A program made the translations under genes and the position numbers. Under the pieces are notes generated by a model that worked only from the letters and a program-made list of their open reading frames with translations, had not been told where the DNA came from and searched no databases. From an uncultured virus (IMG/VR IMGVR_UViG_3300009152_000029) (lineage: Duplodnaviria; Heunggongvirae; Uroviricota; Caudoviricetes): a DNA stretch of 64,000 nt. The stretch is from IMG/VR virus record IMGVR_UViG_3300009152_000029; one strand, 5' to 3'. Position 1 is the stretch's first letter; the number at the start of each line of letters is the position of its first letter. This document shows, piece by piece, positions 20,023 to 30,656 of the stretch.

Positions 20023-22422
20023 ATGCCCTGGACACAAACAGATACAAGTTTTAAGAAGCTAAGTAATAAAAGAGTTACCACTAGCGTTGGTAAAGGCCTG
20101 CCAGAAGAAAAAGGCGCATCAACACTTGAGCTTTATTTACCAGACATCAAAACGGGACTAATACCCGGCACTGGATATGCTGGTTATGGAGTTTCTGAAA
20201 ATTTATTTTATTACGGACCTACAGCGGCATTTGGGCAAACTCTTGCTGTTGATACATCTGTTCCTGGAAATCTAACTTGGTTTGCGACATCAGGGTGGGC
20301 AAATACAACTGCAGCTAATGATGGGACACAAGCTTCAGAAGCTCAAAGATTAGGCGATTGGGTTTCTGATAAGTATGATGCTTTTGGTACAGTTCCTGGC
20401 GCTGGTTATGAAATCAAAGTTTTTGACAGAAATAATAATCTAATTACAAAATCTGATAACTCAAACTGGCTTTTTGATTATCAAACTGGAATTTTAGTTT
20501 TCAATAATGATACTACAAGTATCAGCACACTAATTTCAACAAGCGGCCCATTCAAGATTGTCGGATGGAGATATATTGGTCCAAAAGGCATTATTCCAGC
20601 ATCAAGTGGTGGTTTAGGCTTTACTTCTTATAATTTAGGAGACTTAATTGTTGGTGCTGGTTCCACAATTATTCCATTTCCTGTAGGCACCAATAGTTAT
20701 ATTCTTTCTGTTGATTCATCCACTTCTTCTGGATTGAGTTGGATCCCTAATACAGGCGGTGGCGGTTCGGGAATTTCTTCGCTCAATAACTTAACTTCCA
20801 GTCAGCAATATTTTGCAACAGGAATTTCTGGCGTTGGATTTAACATATCTTCTTCTGGCTCAACTCATACATTTAATATACCTATTGCTGGTATTGGCAT
20901 TACTGGTTTAATTACCGGAATAGCACAAACTATTGATGGTTCAAAAACTTTTACTAGCGATACCATATTTTCCTCAAGCACAGTTTCCACTTCAACCTCT
21001 ACTGGCGCTTTAGTTGTTTTAGGTGGAGTAGGCATAGGTGGAAGTTTATTTGTTACCAGCTCACTTCCATCTAGTATTTCTGGTATCGTTGCAAATAACG
21101 GAGTAATAACATCTGGATCCTGGGCTGGTAGTTTAATTACAGGTTTTTATGGTGGTACAGGATACAATTCATATACTAAAGGTGATATTTTAGTTGGTTC
21201 TGGCAACACATTTGTAAAGCTTTCAGTTGGGTCAGACAACTTTATACTAGCTGCAGATAATAGTACTCCTTCTGGTTTAAGATGGATAGCTAACTCTGGC
21301 GGTGGTGGCACTGGTGTTGGTACCTCGGTTTATATAAGTGAGTATCCGCCCCCATATTCTTCAAGTGCTGGAGACCTTTGGTACAATTCTGAAAACGGCG
21401 CATTAAATATTTATTATGTTGATGTAGATACCTCACAATGGGTTGAAATCAACAGTGCATTTGGTGGCGTGGATCCTCCCAACAATATTGGAATTGGAAT
21501 CACTCAAATAAATGGTCTTGGCGCTTCTTCTCAATTTTTGTATGCTGGATTTAATGGAAATACATTCAATATCTCTTCAGCTGGTAATGGACATACATTC
21601 AATATTCCAGTTGCTGGAGTTGGAATTACAGGTCTAGTTTCAGGATTTGCTCAAACCTTTGGTGGTGTAAAAACATTTCAAAATGGTTTAATTTCAGGAA
21701 ATGGCGTTACAATTTATGGAAGCCTTTCTTTACCAAATGAACCATTACTAAGTATTTATGGTGGTACTGGAAAAACTTCTTATAGCCTTGGTGATTTGCT
21801 AGTAGGTGCTGGAACATCAATAATTAATTTGCCATCAGGATCAAATGGCTATATTTTGCAAGCCAATTCTGCTTTTGCAAGTGGATTGGGCTGGACTTAT
21901 GTTTCTAATGTCAATGTTTCTGAAACTGCTCCATTACCTGCTATAACTGGTGACCTTTGGTGGAACTCTATAGATGGTTCTTTAAGTGTTTATTTTGTAG
22001 ATGTTGACAGTACTTCACAATGGGTTGAAATTGGCAATGGACCTTCACAGGGGTCTGCTGGTTCAACTACAGTAATATCAGCTTCTTACTTTTTAGCAAG
22101 TTATGGATATCTAGAAACTGTATATGATTATGGTACATCTTCTGGTTCTATTACACCTAATTGGAATGATGGAAGTATACAAAAAATAATTTTAAATGGT
22201 GGGCTTTCTTTGAATGTACCAATAAATATGCAATCTGGCTCTTCCCTAAAATTAATTGTTAGACAAAATGCTTCCGGAAATCACACTTTAACACCAAATG
22301 CATCTCTAAAATTCAAAGGTGGTAATAAAACTTTATCTACATCTTCAAATGCCATAGATATGATAAAAATTTATTATGATGGAACAAATTACCTTTGCGA
22401 TTTAGATTTAGCTTACTCTTGA
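20023..22422 (+). CDS. Virion fibre/structural protein (799 aa)
   Basis: WLFDYQTGIL domain, two GDLW.NS..G.L..Y..D...QWVEI modules, C-terminal TLST...AIDMI..YYDG domain. Confidence 0.7.
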   Translation: MPWTQTDTSFKKLSNKRVTTSVGKGLPEEKGASTLELYLPDIKTGLIPGTGYAGYGVSENLFYYGPTAAFGQTLAVDTSVPGNLTWFATSGWANTTAANDGTQASEAQRLGDWVSDKYDAFGTVPGAGYEIKVFDRNNNLITKSDNSNWLFDYQTGILVFNNDTTSISTLISTSGPFKIVGWRYIGPKGIIPASSGGLGFTSYNLGDLIVGAGSTIIPFPVGTNSYILSVDSSTSSGLSWIPNTGGGGSGISSLNNLTSSQQYFATGISGVGFNISSSGSTHTFNIPIAGIGITGLITGIAQTIDGSKTFTSDTIFSSSTVSTSTSTGALVVLGGVGIGGSLFVTSSLPSSISGIVANNGVITSGSWAGSLITGFYGGTGYNSYTKGDILVGSGNTFVKLSVGSDNFILAADNSTPSGLRWIANSGGGGTGVGTSVYISEYPPPYSSSAGDLWYNSENGALNIYYVDVDTSQWVEINSAFGGVDPPNNIGIGITQINGLGASSQFLYAGFNGNTFNISSAGNGHTFNIPVAGVGITGLVSGFAQTFGGVKTFQNGLISGNGVTIYGSLSLPNEPLLSIYGGTGKTSYSLGDLLVGAGTSIINLPSGSNGYILQANSAFASGLGWTYVSNVNVSETAPLPAITGDLWWNSIDGSLSVYFVDVDSTSQWVEIGNGPSQGSAGSTTVISASYFLASYGYLETVYDYGTSSGSITPNWNDGSIQKIILNGGLSLNVPINMQSGSSLKLIVRQNASGNHTLTPNASLKFKGGNKTLSTSSNAIDMIKIYYDGTNYLCDLDLAYS

Positions 22423-22485
22423 AGAAATAAAATATATGAACTACGCAGAATATTTAATAAGCACCTCCAAAAATTCGGATAACTA

Positions 22486-25400
22486 ATGGCAGCACTTAAT
22501 TTCCCCCCATCACCATCAACAAATCAGATTTATTCAGCAAATGGAAAATCTTGGAGATTTGACGGCACTAGCTGGAAAACATTTTATATCTTAAATGTTC
22601 AAGGTGGAGGAACTGGTAATACTTCTTATAATCTTGGTGATATTTTAGTTGGTGCTGGAACTTCATTATATCCCCTTCCTGTTGGCTCTAATAGTTTAGT
22701 TCTTACAGCTGATAGTACAGCAGCTTTTGGAATAACCTGGAGATCAACTGCAGCAACTGGAATAACGACTCTTAATTCATTAACTGCTACAAGCCAATAT
22801 TTTTCATTTGGTTACTCTGGCGATTTTCCAAATATTTCTTCTTTTGGTGAAACACATACATTCAATATTCCAATTGCAGGAGCTGGAGCAACTGGTTTAG
22901 TTTCTACATCAAACCAAACATTTGCTGGACAAAAAACCTTTACATCTGCAATAATTGGAGATCTTACAGGGACGGCAACAACCGCTGGATTTGCTTTAAC
23001 AGCTTCATATGCCCATCAGTCTGGGTATGCAATCACTTCTGGATTCGCAACAACTGCTTCTTATGCTCATCAGTCCGGTTATGGTATCACAGCTGGATTT
23101 GCTACTACAGCAGCATATTCTCATCAAGCAGGATATGCAATTACTTCAGGAAGTTCCAACACTTCAGGATTTGCTACTACTGCTGGTTATGCTTATCAAG
23201 CAGGGTATGCAATTACTTCAGGATTTGCAACCACAGCTAATTATGCATATCAATCTGGCTACGGAATAACATCAGGATTTGCAACAACAGCTTCATATTC
23301 TTATGAATCAGGATATGGAATAACTTCAGGATTTGCTAATACTGCTAATTATGCTTATCAATCTGGTTATGGGATTACCTCAGGTTTTGCAACTACATCA
23401 GGTTATTCACATCAAGCAGGATATGCAATTACTTCTGGAAGTTCTAATACTTCAGGTTTTGCAACTACTGCTTCTTATGCTCATCAGTCTGGTTATGGTA
23501 TTACAGCTGGATTTGCAACAACAGCTTCATATTCTTATGAATCAGGATACGGAATAACTTCAGGATTTGCAACTACTGCCGGTTATGCCCATCAATCAGG
23601 TTATGGGATTACTGCAGGTTTTGCAACTACCGCTTCCTATTCTCATCAATCTGGGTATGGACTTACAGCTGGATTTGCTACCACATCAGCTAATATAAAT
23701 GTTGTAAATGCTACTAGTAATTTAGCTCATCCATTAATATTCGGATCAACGGCTAGTGGCTCTGGAGTAGCTGTATCTTCCAATACAACTATTTCTTTTA
23801 ATCCCTCTACATTCATTTTATCTACATCTGGATTAGCAATAACAGCCGCTACAGATTCAACATCTTCTTCTACAGGTGCGTTGATAGTCTCTGGTGGTGT
23901 TGGAATTGGTGGAAGTTTATTCTTATCCTCTTCACTTCCGTCAAGTCTGTCTGGTGTTGTAGTTAATAATGGTGTAATAACTAGTGCATCTTGGTCAGGC
24001 AGCACTATCACAGCTTTTTACGGTGGCACTGGATACAATACATACACTAAAGGCGATATTTTAGTCGGAGCTGGCAATACATTTATCAAGTTAAATGTCG
24101 GTACTGACAATTACGTCTTAACAGCATCATCAGTATCATCTACAGGAATAACTTGGTCACCCACTGCTGCAACTGGATTAACTACGCTTAACGGTTTAAA
24201 TACAGGAATCCAATATTTAGCATTTGGATATACCGGAACTGTACCAGCCTTTTCATCTTCTGGGTCCACTCACACATTAAACATACCAATAGCAGGGACA
24301 GGATCTACTGGTTTAGTTTCAACTCAAGCACAATCTTTTGCTGGAATAAAAACTTTCACAAATGCTGTTTCAATAACAGATAGTACTGGTTCTGGGTCAT
24401 ATACCTCTGGAGCCTTAACTGTAACTGGTGGAGTTGGTATTGGAGGAACACTTAACGTCCAAGGCGACCTTAATATCCAAGGTACATTCACTACTATAAA
24501 TTCTACAACTATCACTGTTGCAGATAAAAATATTGAGTTAGGCGTTGTAGCAACTCCGACAGATTTAACTGCCGAAGGTGGCGGAATAACTTTACGTGGA
24601 GCTACTAACAAATCCATAAACTGGTACTCGGGCGTAGGTTGGTCATCCTCTGAATCTTTGAATTTAGCATCTGGCAATACTTTTAAGATAAATGGAACTA
24701 ATGTTCTTTCAAGCAACGCATTAGGAACTGGAGTAATATTTTCTTCAATACAAACTGCTGGAATTATTACTTCAGGAACTTGGTCAGCTACTGCCATTAC
24801 TGCGTTATATGGCGGAACTGGTTTAGTACCTGCATTTACTGTTGGTGATATTCTTTATGCTAATACCTCAACAACTTGGGGAAGATTAGCTGCAAGTTCA
24901 AACTCAGGATTTGTACTAGTCTCTGCTGGTTCAGGGGCAACTCCAACTTATGTAAATCCTAATACTTTATCAGTTGGATTTGCTTCAACTGCCACATATG
25001 CGTATCAGTCAGGATACGCCATCACTTCAGGGCTTGCGACAACTTCTGCTTATTCTCATCAATCTGGATACGCAATTACCTCTGGTTCTGCTGCATTAGC
25101 TACAACTGCTACATATTCTCATCAATCTGGATATGCTATTACATCTGGTTTTGCATCTACAGCAACATATTCATACCAATCTGGATATGGGTTAACTTCT
25201 GGATTAGCAACAACAGCAAACTATTCGCATCAGTCCGGATATGCAATTACTTCTGGAAGTTCTAACACCTCAGCATTTGCAACAACTGCAGCAAACTTTA
25301 ACATTTCAAGTGCTGTTTCTGGACTATTCTATCCAGTACTTTCCAATACTGCGTCTTCAGCTTCAGGTATTGGCGCATCTGTAAACAACTTCTTTACTTT

Positions 25401-28400
25401 CAATGCTACTTCAGGAGCTTTTGGTGCAACATCCGTCAATATACTGTCAGGTCAAGCATACAGCATTGGTGGAAACAGTGTATTATCAGCAACATCCTTA
25501 GGCACAGGGGTTACTAACTCTTCATTAACAGCAGTAGGAACAATAAGTACTGGTGTTTGGGCTGGTACATTAATAACCGGATTATATGGTGGTACTGGTT
25601 ATAATTCTTACACTAAGGGTGATATTTTAGTTGGAGCTGGATCTACATTCATTAAGGTAAATGTAGGTGCAGATAATTTTGTACTAGTCGCTGATGCTAC
25701 AACAGCAAGTGGAGTTAAGTGGAATAATATCGCAGGCCTTTCAATTACTTCGGTAAATGGCCTTACTGCTTCTGCTCAATTCTTCTCAACTGGAACTTCT
25801 GGAACTGGATTCAATATTGCTTCTTCTGGAAGTACACATACTTTTAATATTCCGATTGCTGGCACTGGAGCCACTGGTTTAGTATCAACTTTAGCTCAAT
25901 CATTTGCTGGCGTTAAGACTTTCACTAATGATGTAATTATTTCATCAACGACTGGGTCAACTGCATTCAATACTGGGGCTTTGACAGTTTATGGCGGTTT
26001 AGGTGTATCTGGACAACTTTCATTCAATCAGGCTGCCCTAGGATATACTGGCGCTACAAATCCATCTATGGCGTTTATTGGTAGCACTACTGCTGCTCCA
26101 ATTACACTTACCGTTCTCTCAGATAATTCATTACTTTGGGAAGGCACATCTGGAAAACTATTTGGGATTAACAACAATCTTTCATCAGGTTGGATTTTCA
26201 ATGTTGGAGATATATCTGGTCTTCCAATAATCCGTGCAAACGCTGATGGAACGATAGCGATGGCAGAATTTGCTGCTAATGTTGGTATTGGTCTTTCAAA
26301 TCCATCTTACAAGTTGCACGTTGTAGGTGATACTAATTTATCATCTTCTTATGTTTATAGAATAAACGGGACTTCAGTTCTTTCAGCTACTTCTTTGGGT
26401 ACTGGAGTTACGAATTCTTCATTAACAGCAGTGGAAACAATTACTACTGGTGTTTGGGCTGCTACAGCAATAACAGCTTTCTACGGTGGTACTGGATATA
26501 ATTCATATACTAAAGGTGACATTTTAGTTGGTGCCGGTAATACATTTATTAAATTAGGTGTAGGTGCTGATAGTTATGTTTTAACTGTAAATTCTTTATC
26601 TTCAACAGGTTTGACTTGGTCTCCAACTGCTGCAACTGGATTAACAACCTTAAATGGCTTAAATGTAGGATTACAATATTTTGCCACAGGAACTTCTGGA
26701 ACTGGATTTAATATATCTTCTTCTGGATCTACACATACATTCAATATACCAATAGCAGGCTCTGGTGCAACTGGTCTTATATCAACACTTGCTCAAACAA
26801 TTGCAGGTCAGAAAACATTTACAAGCGCTATCATCGGTGACCTTACAGGTACTGCTACAACTGCTAGTTTTGCGTCTACAGCAAATTATGCACATCAATC
26901 AGGATATGCAATAACTTCCGGATTTGCTACAACCGCTAATTATTCATATCAATCTGGTTATGGAATAACCTCAGGATTTGCTACAACAGCTAGCTATGCA
27001 TATCAATCTGGATATGCAATAACGTCAGGTTCATCTGCATTCGCTACTACTGCAACATATTCACATCAAGCTGGATATGCGATTACTTCAGGATTTGCAA
27101 CAACAGCTGGTTATGCATATCAATCTGGATATGGAATAACGTCTGGTTTTGCCACAACTGCAAATTATGCTTATCAATCCGGGTATGCAATTACCTCAGG
27201 ATTTGCTGCTACATCAAGTTACTCCTATCAATCAGGGTATGCTATAACTTCTGGTTTAGCTAGTACTGCAACATTAGCACTTACAGTTTCTTCTAACAAT
27301 ACAATTGTAAATGCTGATTACAACATCCCATTCTTTAGTGGAACAGCTTTATCAACTAATAACAGTTTATATTACAACCCATCCACAGGTAGATTTAACG
27401 CACCTATTCACACTGGTTCTTGGGCTGGAAACACCATCACTTCATTCTACGGTGGCACTGGTTTCCAAACTTACAGTACTGGTGATTTACTAGTTGGTGC
27501 TGGTGCAACATTATCTAAACTATCTGTTGGTACTAATAATTTTATTTTAGTTGCAGATAGTGCTGTTCCAGGTGGTATCAAGTGGGCTAATGTATCTGGT
27601 TTTGCAATTACCAACATAAACGGTTTAACTGCATCTAAACAAGACCTAGCGTTTGGTTATTCTGGAACTGTCCCTGCCTTTTCATCTTCTGGCTCAACAC
27701 ATACACTAAATATTCCAATTGCTGGTACAGGTGCTACAGGCTTAGTGTCTACACAAGCACAAAGTTTTGCCGGAATCAAAACTTTCACAAATGCTGTTTC
27801 AATAACAGATAGCACAGGTTCAGGTTCTTATACTACTGGCGCTTTAGTTGTTACTGGTGGAGTAGGAGTAGGCGGAACACTTAATGTCCAAGGCGACCTT
27901 AATGTTCAAGGTACATTTACTACAATCAATTCGACAACAATAACAGTTGCTGATAAAAATATTGAACTTGGTGTTGTTGCAAGCCCATCTGATTTGACTG
28001 CTCAAGGTGGAGGTATCACTTTACGTGGTGCTACTGATAAATCTATAAACTGGTATTCTGGGGTGGGTTGGTCATCTTCAGAAAGTTTTAATTTAGCATC
28101 AGGCAACACTTTCAAAATAAATGGCACCAATGTTATTTCAAGTTCTTCTCTTGGAACAGGTGTAACAAATTCTTCACTTACTGCTGTAGGAACAATTACC
28201 ACTGGAGTTTGGTCTGCAACTGCAGTTACAGCATTGTATGGTGGAACTGGATTAGTTCCTTCATTTACTGTTGGAGATATTCTTTACGCTAACACTACAA
28301 GCACTTGGGGAAGACTAACTGCAGATTCAAATTCTGGATATGTATTAGTTTCTGCAGGTTCTGGTGCTACTCCAACATATGTAGCACCATCTACTTTGTC

Positions 28401-30654
28401 TGTAGGATTTGCTTCCACTTCAAGTTATTCTTATCAATCTGGTTATGCAATAACAGCAGGTTTAGCTACAACTGCTGCGTACTCACATCAAGCAGGGTAC
28501 GCTATTACTTCAGGGTTAGCCACAACAGCCACTTACGCTCATCAGTCTGGTTATGGTATAACTGCTGGTTTAGCCACTACTGCAACATACGCCCATCAAT
28601 CTGGATATGCAATAACTTCTGGATTTGCAACTACTGCTACAAATATAAATGTTGTTTCAGCTACCACAAATACTAACCATCGAGTATTGTTTACTCCAGC
28701 ATCAGGAACTGCTTCTGGAGCAGCTGTTTCAACAGAAAATACTTTTGTATACAATCCATTCACAGATATTCTTTCTGTATCTGGATTGGCAGTCACAGGT
28801 TCAACTGTATCTACAAGCTCAACTACTGGAGCTTTAGTTGTAACAGGCGGTGTAGGTATCGGCGGAACAGTATATACAGCCACTGACTTAAATGTTGGAA
28901 ATTCCGCAATTGGAAGACTTTATTTCAGCCAAGCAACATTGGGCTCGGCTGGCACTACTGTCATTCCTTCTATGGCATTTATTGGAACAACAAACTCTCC
29001 AATAACATTGTCTGTACTTGCTGACAATTCACTTTCTTTTGATGGTAGTTCTGGGCAATTATTCTCAATAAACAACAATCTATCTTCTGGTTGGATATTT
29101 GCCGTAAATGATATATCTGGCCTACCCTTATTACGTGCTAATGCTGATGGCACTGTTGCAATGGGTGAGTTTGCTGGAAATGTTGGCATAGGACTTTCTA
29201 ATCCATCTTACAAACTTCACGTAGCTGGAGATACTAATCTTTCATCCGGCTATGTTTATAGAATTAATGGTACTCAAGTTCTTTCCTCAACATCTTTAGG
29301 AACTGGAGTTACAAATTCTTCCCTAACAGCAGTAGGAACAATTACAACTGGCACTTGGTCAGCAACTGCAATAACTGCATTCTATGGTGGAACAGGATAC
29401 AATTTATACACAGTTGGGGATTTACTAGTTGGTGCTGGATCAACTTTATATAAATTGCCAATAGGAACAAATAATTTTGTTCTTACAGCAGACAATACTG
29501 CTCCTGGTGGTGTAAAGTGGTCCGTTGCTGCATCTACTGGTGTAACAACAATAAATGCTCTCACATCATCAATTCAATATTTTGCTACTGGAACATCTGG
29601 ATCAGGATTCAATATATCCTCATCTGGTTCAACACATACTTTCAATGTTCCGATTGCTGGAACTGGTGCTACTGGTCTTGTTTCAACATTAGCACAATCT
29701 TTTGCTGGTGTCAAAACTTTTACGAACGACACTGTAATTTCTTCAAATACAGTTTCCACTTCGACATCTACCGGAGCATTTACTGTTACTGGTGGAGTTG
29801 GAATTGGTGGAAGTTTATTTACTGGAACATCAACTGCAGATAGTATTTCTGGTGTAGTTTTAAATAATGGTGTAATTACTTCTGGTAGTTGGGCTGGAAC
29901 ATTAATAACTTCTCTTTATGGTGGAACGGGATATAACTCTTACACAAAGGGTGATTTATTAGTTGGTTCAGGAAGTACATTCATAAAACTTCCAGTGGGC
30001 ATTAATAGTTATGTACTTGGCGCAGATTCTTCGAAGCCTTCAGGAGTTGGCTGGACTACAGTTACTCCATTAACTGTTTCTGATACACCTCCAGCCAGTC
30101 CAAAAAATGCTGATCTTTGGTTCAATTCTTTAGATGGTGGTTTGCTTGTTTATTACAATGATGTCGATACGGCTCAATGGGTTGAAATTGCTCTTGGTAG
30201 TGGAATTGATTTATCACAACCAATTCATATAACCAACACTACACCTTCTACATCAACTTCTACGGGCGCTTTAATTGTTGATGGGGGAGTAGGTGTTGCA
30301 GGAACAGTTTATGCATCATCTTTTAGTATCAATGGAGTTTATGACCAAATTTCATCTACGTTAGTTACATCTGCCACCACTGCAAATCAAGTTGCATTGT
30401 CAATAGACGCATCATCATTTAGAACAGCAAAAATGGTTGTGCAAGTAACATCTGGCTCAAATTATCATTCACAAGAAATTTTGATGGTGCACGATGATAG
30501 CCAAGTATTTATGACTGAATATGCGATGGTCAATACTGGTGCAATTGGATCAACATTTGATGGAGATATTTCTGGTGGCAATATGAGATTTTTAGTAACA
30601 CCAACAAATGCAGTAACAACTTATAAAATTGCTTGTTCTGTTATGAGGATTTAG
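22486..30654 (+). CDS. Giant repetitive tail fibre-like protein (2722 aa)
   Basis: N-terminus LNFP.SP..NQ.Y...GKSW.FDG..W; blocks of SGYAIT/SGFATT/ASYAHQ hexapeptides; duplicated DKNIELG modules; C-terminal FRTAKMVVQV...EILMVHD...TEY domain like T4-type phage structural proteins. Confidence 0.8.
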   Translation: MAALNFPPSPSTNQIYSANGKSWRFDGTSWKTFYILNVQGGGTGNTSYNLGDILVGAGTSLYPLPVGSNSLVLTADSTAAFGITWRSTAATGITTLNSLTATSQYFSFGYSGDFPNISSFGETHTFNIPIAGAGATGLVSTSNQTFAGQKTFTSAIIGDLTGTATTAGFALTASYAHQSGYAITSGFATTASYAHQSGYGITAGFATTAAYSHQAGYAITSGSSNTSGFATTAGYAYQAGYAITSGFATTANYAYQSGYGITSGFATTASYSYESGYGITSGFANTANYAYQSGYGITSGFATTSGYSHQAGYAITSGSSNTSGFATTASYAHQSGYGITAGFATTASYSYESGYGITSGFATTAGYAHQSGYGITAGFATTASYSHQSGYGLTAGFATTSANINVVNATSNLAHPLIFGSTASGSGVAVSSNTTISFNPSTFILSTSGLAITAATDSTSSSTGALIVSGGVGIGGSLFLSSSLPSSLSGVVVNNGVITSASWSGSTITAFYGGTGYNTYTKGDILVGAGNTFIKLNVGTDNYVLTASSVSSTGITWSPTAATGLTTLNGLNTGIQYLAFGYTGTVPAFSSSGSTHTLNIPIAGTGSTGLVSTQAQSFAGIKTFTNAVSITDSTGSGSYTSGALTVTGGVGIGGTLNVQGDLNIQGTFTTINSTTITVADKNIELGVVATPTDLTAEGGGITLRGATNKSINWYSGVGWSSSESLNLASGNTFKINGTNVLSSNALGTGVIFSSIQTAGIITSGTWSATAITALYGGTGLVPAFTVGDILYANTSTTWGRLAASSNSGFVLVSAGSGATPTYVNPNTLSVGFASTATYAYQSGYAITSGLATTSAYSHQSGYAITSGSAALATTATYSHQSGYAITSGFASTATYSYQSGYGLTSGLATTANYSHQSGYAITSGSSNTSAFATTAANFNISSAVSGLFYPVLSNTASSASGIGASVNNFFTFNATSGAFGATSVNILSGQAYSIGGNSVLSATSLGTGVTNSSLTAVGTISTGVWAGTLITGLYGGTGYNSYTKGDILVGAGSTFIKVNVGADNFVLVADATTASGVKWNNIAGLSITSVNGLTASAQFFSTGTSGTGFNIASSGSTHTFNIPIAGTGATGLVSTLAQSFAGVKTFTNDVIISSTTGSTAFNTGALTVYGGLGVSGQLSFNQAALGYTGATNPSMAFIGSTTAAPITLTVLSDNSLLWEGTSGKLFGINNNLSSGWIFNVGDISGLPIIRANADGTIAMAEFAANVGIGLSNPSYKLHVVGDTNLSSSYVYRINGTSVLSATSLGTGVTNSSLTAVETITTGVWAATAITAFYGGTGYNSYTKGDILVGAGNTFIKLGVGADSYVLTVNSLSSTGLTWSPTAATGLTTLNGLNVGLQYFATGTSGTGFNISSSGSTHTFNIPIAGSGATGLISTLAQTIAGQKTFTSAIIGDLTGTATTASFASTANYAHQSGYAITSGFATTANYSYQSGYGITSGFATTASYAYQSGYAITSGSSAFATTATYSHQAGYAITSGFATTAGYAYQSGYGITSGFATTANYAYQSGYAITSGFAATSSYSYQSGYAITSGLASTATLALTVSSNNTIVNADYNIPFFSGTALSTNNSLYYNPSTGRFNAPIHTGSWAGNTITSFYGGTGFQTYSTGDLLVGAGATLSKLSVGTNNFILVADSAVPGGIKWANVSGFAITNINGLTASKQDLAFGYSGTVPAFSSSGSTHTLNIPIAGTGATGLVSTQAQSFAGIKTFTNAVSITDSTGSGSYTTGALVVTGGVGVGGTLNVQGDLNVQGTFTTINSTTITVADKNIELGVVASPSDLTAQGGGITLRGATDKSINWYSGVGWSSSESFNLASGNTFKINGTNVISSSSLGTGVTNSSLTAVGTITTGVWSATAVTALYGGTGLVPSFTVGDILYANTTSTWGRLTADSNSGYVLVSAGSGATPTYVAPSTLSVGFASTSSYSYQSGYAITAGLATTAAYSHQAGYAITSGLATTATYAHQSGYGITAGLATTATYAHQSGYAITSGFATTATNINVVSATTNTNHRVLFTPASGTASGAAVSTENTFVYNPFTDILSVSGLAVTGSTVSTSSTTGALVVTGGVGIGGTVYTATDLNVGNSAIGRLYFSQATLGSAGTTVIPSMAFIGTTNSPITLSVLADNSLSFDGSSGQLFSINNNLSSGWIFAVNDISGLPLLRANADGTVAMGEFAGNVGIGLSNPSYKLHVAGDTNLSSGYVYRINGTQVLSSTSLGTGVTNSSLTAVGTITTGTWSATAITAFYGGTGYNLYTVGDLLVGAGSTLYKLPIGTNNFVLTADNTAPGGVKWSVAASTGVTTINALTSSIQYFATGTSGSGFNISSSGSTHTFNVPIAGTGATGLVSTLAQSFAGVKTFTNDTVISSNTVSTSTSTGAFTVTGGVGIGGSLFTGTSTADSISGVVLNNGVITSGSWAGTLITSLYGGTGYNSYTKGDLLVGSGSTFIKLPVGINSYVLGADSSKPSGVGWTTVTPLTVSDTPPASPKNADLWFNSLDGGLLVYYNDVDTAQWVEIALGSGIDLSQPIHITNTTPSTSTSTGALIVDGGVGVAGTVYASSFSINGVYDQISSTLVTSATTANQVALSIDASSFRTAKMVVQVTSGSNYHSQEILMVHDDSQVFMTEYAMVNTGAIGSTFDGDISGGNMRFLVTPTNAVTTYKIACSVMRI
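22981..23690 (+). repeat. Coding tandem repeat, 18/54 bp period (SGYAITSGFATTASYAHQ)
   Basis: About 13 degenerate 18-aa units; further blocks at ~24970-25290, ~26850-27270 and ~28400-28640. Confidence 0.9.
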
Positions 30655-30656
30655 TA

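Noticed and set aside
22981..23690. CRISPR array
   Set aside because: The repeats are in-frame, degenerate at third positions and have no unique spacers; no cas genes are present.
22981..28640. Ice nucleation protein
   Set aside because: The period is 6/18 rather than 8/16/48, there is no regular TxT ladder, and the repeats are embedded in a fibre-like protein.
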